The notes under the pieces: generated by a model
Databases searched by the model: none
Told to the model about the DNA's origin: nothing
What the model saw: only the letters and a program-made list of their open reading frames with translations
IMG/VR virus record: IMGVR_UViG_3300017917_000952
Location: 142,752-206,751 of that record
Direction: 5' to 3' (one strand)
DNA: 64,000 nt
Part shown: piece after piece, positions 51,441 to 59,594 of the stretch
Numbering within the stretch: the stretch's first letter is position 1
Layout of the letters: every line of letters starts with the position of its first letter
Translations under genes and position numbers: made by a program

Positions 51441-52136
51441 ATGATTCAAAAAGAGTATGCAGCCCCTATTAACCATAACACAGTGCTAAATCCTGTGCTA
51501 TGGGATCACGATCGCCTAAAACCAGAAGTCCGCGGCGCACTGCTACGCATGGCTGAAGATTTTATTGATTTTGTAGATATACCTTTTGACATTAAGGACA
51601 TAATCATTACTGGGGGCAATGTTAACTTTACCTATACTAAAGACAGTGATATTGACCTACACATTGTTGCAGACTTCAATACTGTAAAATGTGATAGAGA
51701 AGTTGCTGAACTCTTTGACACCAAACGTCTACTCTACAAAAGACAGCATCGTCTCGAAATACACGGTGTGCCTGTAGAATTATACATTGAAGACCACAGA
51801 ACTCCGGGTGTTACCGCAGGGATGTTCAGTGTGGCACAGGATGAGTGGTTGAAGCGTCCTAGTAAGGTCATACCAAAATATGACCATGTTGAATTAGACC
51901 GTCAAGTAGCACTTTGGACAAAAATCCTACAACGTGCGATCATGACAGGGGATTTACAAATCTGCAGAAAGGCACTAAAATTGTTACGAGTCTATCGTAA
52001 GAAAGGTCTGAGCACACCTGCAGGCGAGTTTAGTATTCCAAACTTAGTCTACAAGAGTCTACGTAACGATCAAGTAATTGACAGTATGGCTCGATTAATA
52101 GATAGACTTCACGGTCAAGAATTAAGCATAAGATAA
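51441..52136 (+). CDS. Pol-beta superfamily nucleotidyltransferase-like protein
   Basis: ITGG...F.Y...SDIDLH and VELY motifs. Confidence 0.7.
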   Translation: MIQKEYAAPINHNTVLNPVLWDHDRLKPEVRGALLRMAEDFIDFVDIPFDIKDIIITGGNVNFTYTKDSDIDLHIVADFNTVKCDREVAELFDTKRLLYKRQHRLEIHGVPVELYIEDHRTPGVTAGMFSVAQDEWLKRPSKVIPKYDHVELDRQVALWTKILQRAIMTGDLQICRKALKLLRVYRKKGLSTPAGEFSIPNLVYKSLRNDQVIDSMARLIDRLHGQELSIR

Positions 52137-52137
52137 A

Positions 52138-52689
52138 ATGAAAAAACCTACTCTATACCTGGACATGGATGGTGTCCTAGCAGACTTTGATACGGCCGCA
52201 CAGACCCTGATCAAAGCATCAAACGCAGACGCACAGCGAGCAGCCAACAACGGACATTGGCCCGAAGAAGACTGGCGCAGAATTGTACAGGAACGCAACT
52301 TCTACAGAATTTTGCCAAAGATGCCCCTGGCAGATGAACTAGTAGAACTGGCCGTTAGATTTAGAGAAAATCTTGATTTCGATGTTAAGATCCTAACTGC
52401 TATACCCAAGGGCAACGACATGCCCGATGCATTCCACGATAAGGTAGATTGGATCAACGAACACTACGGACAGTACGGATTCCGTGTGCATTTTGGACCC
52501 TACAGTAAAGACAAGGCACGCCATTGCTCGGGCAAAGAAGACATTCTTGTTGATGATCGTACTTCAAACTGCGAAGAGTGGCGCAGTGCCGGCGGTACTG
52601 CTGTACAGGTCCGTCGCGGGGAATATCGTCAGGCTCTGATTGAACTAGAAAAGATCTTTCACGAGCTCATGATGCTGTCTATGATTTAA
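52138..52689 (+). CDS. HAD-family 5'(3')-deoxyribonucleotidase-like protein
   Basis: DMDGVLADF, ILTA, K..W and ILVDD motifs. Confidence 0.85.
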   Translation: MKKPTLYLDMDGVLADFDTAAQTLIKASNADAQRAANNGHWPEEDWRRIVQERNFYRILPKMPLADELVELAVRFRENLDFDVKILTAIPKGNDMPDAFHDKVDWINEHYGQYGFRVHFGPYSKDKARHCSGKEDILVDDRTSNCEEWRSAGGTAVQVRRGEYRQALIELEKIFHELMMLSMI

Positions 52690-53314
52690 CAGCATATTTC
52701 TCTATCAAGAATTGATAGAGGTCATTGTTCGTAAATCCAACACTGAAACTAGTACGCTTAGTCTGTATAGGTTATACGCTGTGCAGTAGGTCTGTTCGAA
52801 AAATTGCCCACGAACCTGCTTCAAATTCGACTTCCTCTAACAGCGTCATGTCCTTATGGGATGTTGTGCAGATCATAGGTGTAGGTCTTTCTACGCCATG
52901 CCCTTTTTCCTGCCACCAGGATGTTTTTACGCCCTGGCCGCCAGTATTCCACAGTGCCTGTATACAGTGTTTACCACGACGTTCTCCATCGGTGTGTGTT
53001 AACATCATTGCACCCATAGGATCTGCATCCTGATTGTAGATCTTCTGATACCCCCAATCTCTAACATGGGGTCTAAGTTCAGGCATCATGGCTAACAGAT
53101 ATTCTAGGATATCGGTGCCTAGCCTATAGCGTTGATATCGTGCAAGACTGTGGCGTTTACCGTGCTGACCGATAGCACCTGTACGTCTAAGCCATTCGTT
53201 GCGTAGATATCCGCGATCATCTCCCTGATTATCAAATATAACTTCCCCTAGTTGACTTTCGCTAGGTTCAGGGTAATCTATTTTAGGCAAATCGAGCAGA
53301 GTGTGATATTTCAT
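52679..53314 (-). pseudogene. 2OG-Fe(II) oxygenase-like gene interrupted by an in-frame TAA at 52772-52774
   Basis: HTD...H metal triad; the frame continues after the stop as PIQTKRTSFSVGF... to a TAG at 52679; start MKYH lies 7 nt after TAAATA. Confidence 0.55.
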
Positions 53315-53333
53315 TGTAGGGTATTTACAGTAC

Positions 53334-53588
53334 TCAACTACCCCATTTGAGCAAAAACAGAGTTTGGTGCTTTTCTCGGGCAAAACTCACAGCACAAAGG
53401 TCTGTTTGATGCAGTGTCCAAGTACTCCAAACCCACTGTACATAGTGAGGACCTACGGCCTGTTCTAGCCAATTTTCCACGGTATGTATGCTTTCAATCC
53501 AGTCGGGTTGACCCTTGTATTCAACCAATGGCCAAGGAACAGCCGCTGTATAGGGCAGAGTCCACGGGTGATCGCAGAGTGCTCTCAT
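53334..53588 (-). CDS. Hypothetical protein
   Basis: Start reassigned to MRALC (TAAATA 5 nt upstream); C-terminal F....TLFLLKW motif. Confidence 0.6.
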   Translation of the reverse strand: MRALCDHPWTLPYTAAVPWPLVEYKGQPDWIESIHTVENWLEQAVGPHYVQWVWSTWTLHQTDLCAVSFAREKHQTLFLLKWGS

Positions 53589-53643
53589 ACATTTATTTAC
53601 TGTCTTTCTTGTATAAATAACTGACAAGGGAGCAAAGAAACCT

Positions 53644-53913
53644 ATGAACTACACTCTACGAATTTGGACCAACGGAGACGGCGACTACTACGACAGTGAT
53701 TTCGCGACCTTGGATGAACTATACAACAGCATTTTTGAAAACTGGGATCCGGAGGGTGTTGTACCCTTAACAGTACGTGCGGGTGTTACGCTACAGAGCG
53801 GCTACGCAGTCTACGATAATGCTACAGGACTCTGCATTAACAGTATCAATGCAGCACAGGTCGGACTAGACAAGACAGCACCATTCCAACAGTTTGGTCC
53901 TGCTACAATTTAA
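53644..53913 (+). CDS. Hypothetical protein
   Basis: TATAAATA at 53612-19, GGGAG RBS and its own terminator. Confidence 0.65.
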   Translation: MNYTLRIWTNGDGDYYDSDFATLDELYNSIFENWDPEGVVPLTVRAGVTLQSGYAVYDNATGLCINSINAAQVGLDKTAPFQQFGPATI

Positions 53914-53933
53914 AGCTCAAACAGATCACATAG

Positions 53934-53965
53934 AGCCCCAACAGTTATAGTTGGGGTTTTTCTTT
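53934..53965 (+). terminator. Intrinsic terminator
   Basis: AGCCCCAAC-7-GTTGGGGTT followed by T-tract. Confidence 0.7.
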
Positions 53966-54249
53966 GGCCAAGGCAGCATCTGTGGCCATACTGGGTTCGT
54001 AGAAATAGGCCGAGGCTGCGTCGGTCATGTGCTGACAGCAAGCGTCATGGTGCGGACAGGGCTGTTCAGTGGAGTAGATCTGCCCGTCGATGAGTAGACA
54101 GAACGAGGGTCGTATCCCTTCTGGTACAGGGCAGAACTGTTTAGGCATACTGTGTCTCCGGATACTCAATCCAGCAGTAGCACTCAAGTAGTAGATCGTC
54201 AAATAAGTAGTACATAGTAGAAATATTTACAAATAAGACCATAGAGCCA

Positions 54250-54927
54250 ATGAAAAATAGAATCGTAGCCATTACAGTTAGCACCAATTATCACGACATA
54301 CTGCCCTACAGTCTAAAGAACAATCTAGATCTGTTTGATCATTGGTATATAGCCACGGACAAGAACGACTGGCGTACAGGAAACGCCATAGCACATCACG
54401 ATCAGGACCGTATTACCACAGTACACTATCCATTTACTAGCACATTTACCGATCCTGTGCGCGGTGAACTACAGACACGCTGGTTTGACAAGGGCGGAGC
54501 AATTAGAACGCTACAGGAGCGGGCCTACAGGGAATTCCCCGATCATTGGTACCTAGTTCTAGATACGGACATACTCTTACGCAACAGCCGTGACCTAAAT
54601 ACCAGTAATCTCTGCCCTGATTACCTATATGGCCCGCAATGCCGATTAGACTACCGCAGCCTCAGTGATTACCACACAGGCACAGTAGCACACGAATACT
54701 TTCACGGCAACCCACGTATTATAGGCTTCTTCCAACTGTACAAACAGCATAGGTTTTACCAGCAGAGCCTGGACACAAACTGGTGCGATGATGAGTTTAC
54801 ACAGCAGTGGAAACCCAATGAACAGCGTTTCCTACCCATTACTGTGGATCACCTAGGCGCTTGGGATCAGGGCACACCCAATACACATAGAGGCAGAATT
54901 CCAGGGCAGGGATTCCGGAACCAGTAG
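54250..54927 (+). CDS. Glycosyltransferase-like protein (GT-A)
   Basis: ITVS.NY.D.L, FDKG and LVLDTDI (DxD) motifs. Confidence 0.65.
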   Translation: MKNRIVAITVSTNYHDILPYSLKNNLDLFDHWYIATDKNDWRTGNAIAHHDQDRITTVHYPFTSTFTDPVRGELQTRWFDKGGAIRTLQERAYREFPDHWYLVLDTDILLRNSRDLNTSNLCPDYLYGPQCRLDYRSLSDYHTGTVAHEYFHGNPRIIGFFQLYKQHRFYQQSLDTNWCDDEFTQQWKPNEQRFLPITVDHLGAWDQGTPNTHRGRIPGQGFRNQ

Positions 54928-54952
54928 GCCCAAGGACGGCGAAGCCGCCAGC

Positions 54953-54970
54953 GGTAAAAAATTTTTTACC
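54953..54970. repeat. Perfect 18-bp palindrome GGTAAAAAATTTTTTACC between convergent genes
   Basis: Read directly from the sequence. Confidence 0.8.
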
Positions 54971-55733
54971 CTACATTAAAACCCAACTTAACCAAATCTC
55001 TAACTATATAGTCCTGTGTCCAATGCAGCAGCGTCTCCGGCCCAGGATGATAAGCGCCTGACAGGCCTAGATCACGAGCCTGATCACGTACACAGCCCCA
55101 AGCCCTAATACGCCCCCAATCCTCAGGTCCATAGTTATAAGCATAGTAGTGTAGAGTTGGACAGCCCAGCATTGAATCCACGCTAAGGGCATAATAGTCT
55201 AATAATGCACGACTGTGAGTCTCGTTAACTGCATACTGAGCAGCCAAAGGGTTTAAGTGACAGTTCCAAGGTCCCCAACTGTCCACACTGTCTGAATCCT
55301 TAAACACACTGAGTCTGTGTACTCCGGGCCATAGATATACAGCGGCTAGTGGCTTGATACCATAACTAGCAATACGAACAGTGTTAGCCCACTGAAAAAG
55401 ATCGTCCGTAGCACCCTGTCCTAGATTTACTACTGGAATGCCCGTAATACGCTGTAACTGGCTACTCATAGTATCACCGTCGTCAACTCCGGGTGCAAAC
55501 TGATAACTACAGCCAAACATAACAATGCTGTTAGCCCAGTCTATACTATCGAACTCTGGACAGCGATAGCCCTGACTGTTTACAGTGTAGCGAACTGTAC
55601 GATCGCGCCACGGCCAGTCTGAGCTCTGCACCCGTAGATTATGCTCGTATAATTCCCTACTGTCCGTACCGTAGAAGAATGGTGGTTCATGTTGGAGTCC
55701 GTGCCAGTGACTAGATAATAACTGTAAGCTCAT
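54966..55733 (-). CDS. Hypothetical protein, SGNH-hydrolase-like
   Basis: NSQGYR, FGCS, NLG..G and D...HPG motifs; TAAATA 6 nt before the ATG. Confidence 0.6.
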   Translation of the reverse strand: MSLQLLSSHWHGLQHEPPFFYGTDSRELYEHNLRVQSSDWPWRDRTVRYTVNSQGYRCPEFDSIDWANSIVMFGCSYQFAPGVDDGDTMSSQLQRITGIPVVNLGQGATDDLFQWANTVRIASYGIKPLAAVYLWPGVHRLSVFKDSDSVDSWGPWNCHLNPLAAQYAVNETHSRALLDYYALSVDSMLGCPTLHYYAYNYGPEDWGRIRAWGCVRDQARDLGLSGAYHPGPETLLHWTQDYIVRDLVKLGFNVG

Positions 55734-55767
55734 ATACTCTATTTACGAGTATAGCGGAGCCAGAGAC

Positions 55768-55870
55768 CTATATAGTAAGCAAAAAAATTGCTAAAAAAAA
55801 TTTTTGACTACAGGGAAGCGCAGAGTAGGGAAGTTTTACAGGGCCCGGTCTATATAGTAGCAAAAAATTG
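55768..55870. repeat. Imperfect direct repeat CTATATAGTA(A)GCAAAAAA(A)TTG, two copies, in a non-coding gap
   Basis: Copies at 55768-55790 and 55850-55870. Confidence 0.75.
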
Positions 55871-55971
55871 GGCGCAAAAATAACGAAGGTTTTGGAGATC
55901 TCAACCGACCAGGTTTTACTCTAACACCAACATTTTACGGCATGCTGCTATGCTACTTTAGTATTACTTTT

Positions 55972-56011
55972 AAAAAAGCACCTGACCACCCTCCCCACCC
56001 TGGCCAGGTGC
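55972..56011 (-). terminator. Intrinsic terminator closing the early region
   Basis: Minus strand GCACCTGGCCA-12-TGGTCAGGTGC-TTTTTT, with one G-U pair that forms only on the minus strand. Confidence 0.8.
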
Positions 56012-56020
56012 CCCCACCGT

Positions 56021-56305
56021 TCAATCTTCTTCAACAACCTCACAGTCCCAGCGTTCGTCTGCAGGGTCGTAGCCTTCTTCTATGAGCTCCTGTACAGCGG
56101 CGTTGAACTCTGACTCAAGGTCCCATACAGCAGCCGCTACACGGATGTCCTTCTTGCGGCGTGCCCGTGCTGTGCCTGCTTGATAGACTAGTGGGTAGTG
56201 ATTGGCACAGTAGCTCTTGCCAGGTAGTGTAGGCTTACCGCAGGCGTGTGTGCCCTCGCCCAAGTAGGTACACTCTGTTACTGCTGTGCGCTTATCGTTG
56301 ATCAT
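56021..56305 (-). CDS. GcrA C-terminal-domain-like Cys3His protein
   Basis: C.Y.G.....CG.....GKSYC..H...VY pattern. Confidence 0.5.
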   Translation of the reverse strand: MINDKRTAVTECTYLGEGTHACGKPTLPGKSYCANHYPLVYQAGTARARRKKDIRVAAAVWDLESEFNAAVQELIEEGYDPADERWDCEVVEED

Positions 56306-56513
56306 TGTTGTTGTCCTTAGTGTCCAATTCAGGGTGACGCTTGCGGTACTCTGCTACTTCCTTCTGTATCTGCTCAATGAGCTCTGCTCGTGTCACGTGC
56401 TCTACACAGACAAATAGAGCCAAGATACACCAAAAGCCCCAAGTGTTCCAGTCCTGCCCAACTGCGTCTAACACTAGACCCAATGTAGCGTATAGCGTTA
56501 GACGCAGTAGCAT
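56292..56513 (-). CDS. Small membrane protein
   Basis: Two hydrophobic segments. Confidence 0.6.
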   Translation of the reverse strand: MLLRLTLYATLGLVLDAVGQDWNTWGFWCILALFVCVEHVTRAELIEQIQKEVAEYRKRHPELDTKDNNNDQR

Positions 56514-56514
56514 A

Positions 56515-57396
56515 TTAGCCTCGCTTCATGCAGGTAGTCTGTGCCATAGCAGTCCAAGCCTTGGGGAATGCCTTACGCAGATCCGCAATCTTGAGCACCA
56601 TACGCAGGCTGAGCTCACGCAGGCGGTCCTTGTTCTTGTTGATGAAGTCCAGGACTTCTTGCACAACAACGGGCTCGAACTCGTAGCGGTCCAACATGCC
56701 CTTTTCCACAATGTTCTTGATCCACAGCATCTTTTCACGCTGGGTGTCCATTTCCAAGTCCATGTAGTGGCAACGGCTTTCCAATGCGTCCAAGTGGCTA
56801 CGCAGTTTCTTGCTACGAACGTGCTCGAACTTAATATTAGTGATGAAGATAGCCGCACCCTTGAACTCAAAGCGGTCCGGAATGCCTTCACTGCGAAGGA
56901 TTCGGCTGTCCGTGTTCCACGAGATGAAGCGACGGTTGCCGCTGTCCAGAGCACCCTTGAGGATGTTCAAGCTCAGTTCTTCCTGCAGGATGTCGTCACA
57001 GTCGTCAAAGACTAGGACATGCTTTGAGTCCGAGAACTCGTAGAGCTTACTGTACAGGCCAATGGAGCTCATGGCACCCTTGACAACTTCGAACTTGGGC
57101 TTGCGTTCGCCCAGAGTATCAAACAGGCCGTCCTTTTGCAGTACTGCCTCCACATTGTGACTTTTACCAACGCCGGGAGGGCCGCTGACAATCATAGCAC
57201 GGACATCGCCACGCTTGACAGCCTTGGTCATCTCAGTGAGGATCTCAAAGCGCTCGTTGAGTCGCTCCAGAATTGCTTCGTCGCTTTCTTTGGCGATGCT
57301 GGCTTCTTTGGCTGCAATTGCATCGGTGTCCAGCTCAATGACGTTGCTGGTAACAGTGGCCTTGCTGGGCTTGCGAGCGGCGGAGGTACGTGCCAT
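56515..57396 (-). CDS. P-loop / AAA+ ATPase
   Basis: GPPGVGKS, VLVFDDCD, IFITN and ALESR motifs. Confidence 0.85.
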   Translation of the reverse strand: MARTSAARKPSKATVTSNVIELDTDAIAAKEASIAKESDEAILERLNERFEILTEMTKAVKRGDVRAMIVSGPPGVGKSHNVEAVLQKDGLFDTLGERKPKFEVVKGAMSSIGLYSKLYEFSDSKHVLVFDDCDDILQEELSLNILKGALDSGNRRFISWNTDSRILRSEGIPDRFEFKGAAIFITNIKFEHVRSKKLRSHLDALESRCHYMDLEMDTQREKMLWIKNIVEKGMLDRYEFEPVVVQEVLDFINKNKDRLRELSLRMVLKIADLRKAFPKAWTAMAQTTCMKRG

Positions 57397-57427
57397 TTGT
57401 GTTCCTTAGTGTGTTGTTGAAGTGTGT

Positions 57428-57456
57428 ATTATACTGTCGAAGGGCCTGTCTGTCAA
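57428..57456 (-). promoter_or_regulatory. Early promoter P1, TTGACA-17-TATAAT, with CA-rich leader and TAAGGA
   Basis: Exact consensus; GAAGGGC/GCCCTTC inverted repeat around the -35. Confidence 0.85.
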
Positions 57457-57473
57457 GCCCTTCTGCACTACAA

Positions 57474-57815
57474 TCAGTCCAGACGCGAACCAGCGTAGGC
57501 TTCGAAGCCATACTTGCGGAACACGTCAGCCGCGGCCTGTGCACCTGCTTCCAGAATGCCCACAGATTGGACGGGCAGTTTGGCAGGGTTCCACAGTTGG
57601 AAGGCCTTGGTGTAGTCTTGACGCACACCAGCGGCTTTCAGCATCTTGCCCAACTTGGTGTTGCCTTTGATCTTGTAGATGTTGGTCCAAGCAAAGCCGC
57701 AGGCATCACGATCACCGTACTTAGCCAGGGCGTCACGAGCAGCCTTGTTGGCTTCTTGCATGGCTTCGGCAACGATTGCGTTCACTTGCTCTTGGGTCAG
57801 GGTCAGTTGGGTCAT
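57474..57815 (-). CDS. Hypothetical early protein (DACGFAW motif)
   Basis: Own promoter and AAGGAG RBS. Confidence 0.75.
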   Translation of the reverse strand: MTQLTLTQEQVNAIVAEAMQEANKAARDALAKYGDRDACGFAWTNIYKIKGNTKLGKMLKAAGVRQDYTKAFQLWNPAKLPVQSVGILEAGAQAAADVFRKYGFEAYAGSRLD

Positions 57816-57847
57816 CTAGTGCTCCTTAGTGCGTTGTTGATGTGTGT

Positions 57848-57876
57848 ATTATACGGGTTTTTGGATGACCCGTCAA
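57848..57876 (-). promoter_or_regulatory. Early promoter P2, TTGACG-17-TATAAT
   Basis: Shared leader ending TAAGGAGCA. Confidence 0.85.
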
Positions 57877-57885
57877 CCACTAAGG

Positions 57886-58101
57886 TTAATCCTTTTTGTT
57901 GGTGATGTGGCTTTTAAACAACAGGCCGCAGAGCAGGCTAAGACCCCAGGCCTGTAGCCAGGTGATCTCCGGGAGCTTGAAGATCGACGGAATCACAGCG
58001 TCCCACAGTAGCATCACGGGCAAGGCCAGCAGGAAGCTCAGGAGTACGATCAGGGCGATGCCTGCGATCACAGTTGCGATGATGGTGCCTAGTGCGTTCA
58101 T
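57886..58101 (-). CDS. Small two-TM membrane protein
   Basis: Hydrophobic; LW....P..F.LP.IT..QA.GL..L motif. Confidence 0.7.
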   Translation of the reverse strand: MNALGTIIATVIAGIALIVLLSFLLALPVMLLWDAVIPSIFKLPEITWLQAWGLSLLCGLLFKSHITNKKD

Positions 58102-58343
58102 TTGCTGACTTTCTTGATCAGTTGGTTGGCCACGGTCATGTCGGAGTTGATGCCGTCATAGCATTGTTCGACGATGCTCATGATCATGAGGTCTACGATG
58201 CTCTTGGCTTCGTTGCGAAGTTTCTTTGTGGGCAGACCGTTGATGAATCGATCAACATCTGCTTTGTCGTTGCAGGCCCAGATGATGTCAGCCAGGACTC
58301 GTTGCTGGGCGTTGAGCCCTTCGATGGTGAACTCTACGCTCAT
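58098..58343 (-). CDS. Hypothetical early protein
   Basis: GAGGAG RBS; ATGA coupling. Confidence 0.7.
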   Translation of the reverse strand: MSVEFTIEGLNAQQRVLADIIWACNDKADVDRFINGLPTKKLRNEAKSIVDLMIMSIVEQCYDGINSDMTVANQLIKKVSK

Positions 58344-58346
58344 TGC

Positions 58347-58544
58347 TTACTCCTCGTTGATCAGGCTAACACCGAACAGGCCCAGCATGGCGCAGGTCAC
58401 TGCGGCACCAGCAAGGGCGAACCACTCTTTGAATCCTGCTTCGGGCGGCAGGTTCTCAACACCGCCAGCGACACCCATGAACCCGATGATGCAGAGGACC
58501 ACTGCCACTGCGCCGATGTTTTTGACCTTTTGCTTGAATTCCAT
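58347..58544 (-). CDS. Small two-TM membrane protein
   Basis: Own promoter and RBS; two hydrophobic segments. Confidence 0.7.
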   Translation of the reverse strand: MEFKQKVKNIGAVAVVLCIIGFMGVAGGVENLPPEAGFKEWFALAGAAVTCAMLGLFGVSLINEE

Positions 58545-58570
58545 TGTGTGCTCCTTGTTGCGATGTATGT

Positions 58571-58599
58571 ATTATAAGGCCGATTGGCCTCAGTGTCAA
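58571..58599 (-). promoter_or_regulatory. Early promoter P3, TTGACA-17-TATAAT
   Basis: The -35 contains the TGA stop of the upstream gene; 28-bp leader identical to P8. Confidence 0.85.
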
Positions 58600-58829
58600 C
58601 CCCAGTTCTTCTTGTCGCCGAACTGTTCGTTGTCACGGTAGCCTGCGGTGTAGGCTGCGATTTCTTCTGCGGTCATGCAGGCCATCTCAACCCGCGGGCT
58701 GGTCATCGTTGCACCCACATAGAAGTGAGGGTTGAAAGGACGGCCGTAGTAGGAATCGGCACTGCCACGATCGTAAGGGCCACCGTGGCGTTCATCATAG
58801 CCCGCTTTGTTCATCTCTTGCATCAGCAT
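58596..58829 (-). CDS. Hypothetical early protein (HGGPYDRGSADSYY motif)
   Basis: Own promoter and RBS. Confidence 0.75.
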   Translation of the reverse strand: MLMQEMNKAGYDERHGGPYDRGSADSYYGRPFNPHFYVGATMTSPRVEMACMTAEEIAAYTAGYRDNEQFGDKKNWG

Positions 58830-58857
58830 CTCTGCTCCTTTGTGTGTCTATGTGTGT

Positions 58858-58886
58858 ATTATACGATCAAAACGGCACGTCGTCAA
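58858..58886 (-). promoter_or_regulatory. Early promoter P4, TTGACG-17-TATAAT
   Basis: The -35 is encoded by the F-D-D codons of the upstream gene. Confidence 0.8.
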
Positions 58887-59097
58887 ACTCGTATTGTTCG
58901 TCGTACCAGTTGTCGTTGGTCTGGGGCGTCAGGACCGTGTCAACATGAACGGTGCCCAGGCTTTGCAGTTCCTGGATCTCCTGCTTGATTTCAGCACGGC
59001 GGGCATCAATCTTAGCATTGGACTCAGGGTCCAGTTCGCCAGCGATCTCGTCCAGGTAGATCAGTTCTTCGTACAGGTTGTTGATCTCGTCTTGCAT
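58867..59097 (-). CDS. Acidic early protein with SSB-Ct-like tail (EFDDVPF)
   Basis: Own promoter and RBS; C-terminus resembles bacterial SSB DFDDDIPF. Confidence 0.7.
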   Translation of the reverse strand: MQDEINNLYEELIYLDEIAGELDPESNAKIDARRAEIKQEIQELQSLGTVHVDTVLTPQTNDNWYDEQYEFDDVPF

Positions 59098-59123
59098 CGT
59101 GTGCTCCTTGTTGTGATGTGTGT

Positions 59124-59153
59124 ATTATACACTCGCAATGGCTGACAGAGCAA
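59124..59153 (-). promoter_or_regulatory. Early promoter P5, TTGCTC-18-TATAAT
   Basis: The -10 contains the TAA stop of the upstream gene; shared leader. Confidence 0.7.
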
Positions 59154-59238
59154 CCATAATCCAGATGGCAATCAGTTGAGCGATGCCAAAGTAGAACATG
59201 GCCCAAACCACTGTACAAAAACCAATGATCTTCAACAT
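59125..59238 (-). CDS. 37-aa membrane peptide (MLKIIGFC...IASV)
   Basis: TAAGGAG RBS; entirely hydrophobic; 3' part of ORF 59125..59427. Confidence 0.6.
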   Translation of the reverse strand: MLKIIGFCTVVWAMFYFGIAQLIAIWIMVALSAIASV

Positions 59239-59248
59239 CGTGCTCTCC

Positions 59249-59563
59249 TTAGCGGCAGACTTGACCGTAGAACTGACCTTGCTGGGTGTAGAGGGGGAAG
59301 CAACCGTTGGGCGCAGGGTAGGCAGGGCTATACTGCGGCAGGGTGCGAACTTCGGGCTGTTGGTACACAGGCGCAGGCAGGGTCTGCGTCTGTTGATAGA
59401 CAACCTGCGGCTGAGGCTGAACAACAACCTGCGGGCGGCTCATCTGTTGGTAGATCCAGTAGCCTGCAACACCAGCCAGGGCGCCTTGTTCACGGGGACC
59501 CCAAGCCAGTGCAGAACCTGTGGCTGTGATTGCGATCAAACCTGCTACGATTGCCTTTTTCAT
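59249..59563 (-). CDS. Secreted/periplasmic Pro-Gln-rich protein
   Basis: Signal peptide MKKAIVAGLIAITATGSALA; own promoter and RBS. Confidence 0.7.
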   Translation of the reverse strand: MKKAIVAGLIAITATGSALAWGPREQGALAGVAGYWIYQQMSRPQVVVQPQPQVVYQQTQTLPAPVYQQPEVRTLPQYSPAYPAPNGCFPLYTQQGQFYGQVCR

Positions 59564-59594
59564 CTTGAGCTCCTTTTTCGCTGTCGATGTGTGT

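Noticed and set aside
52772-52774. Stop-codon reassignment (alternative genetic code)
   Set aside because: TAA, TGA and TAG terminate genes normally and long core genes are uninterrupted in the standard code. This is an isolated case.
53945-54202. Minus-strand 85-aa ORF
   Set aside because: TTG start with no RBS; the nearby TAAATA-linked ATG (54215) is out of frame. It may be a real or broken gene but cannot be supported.
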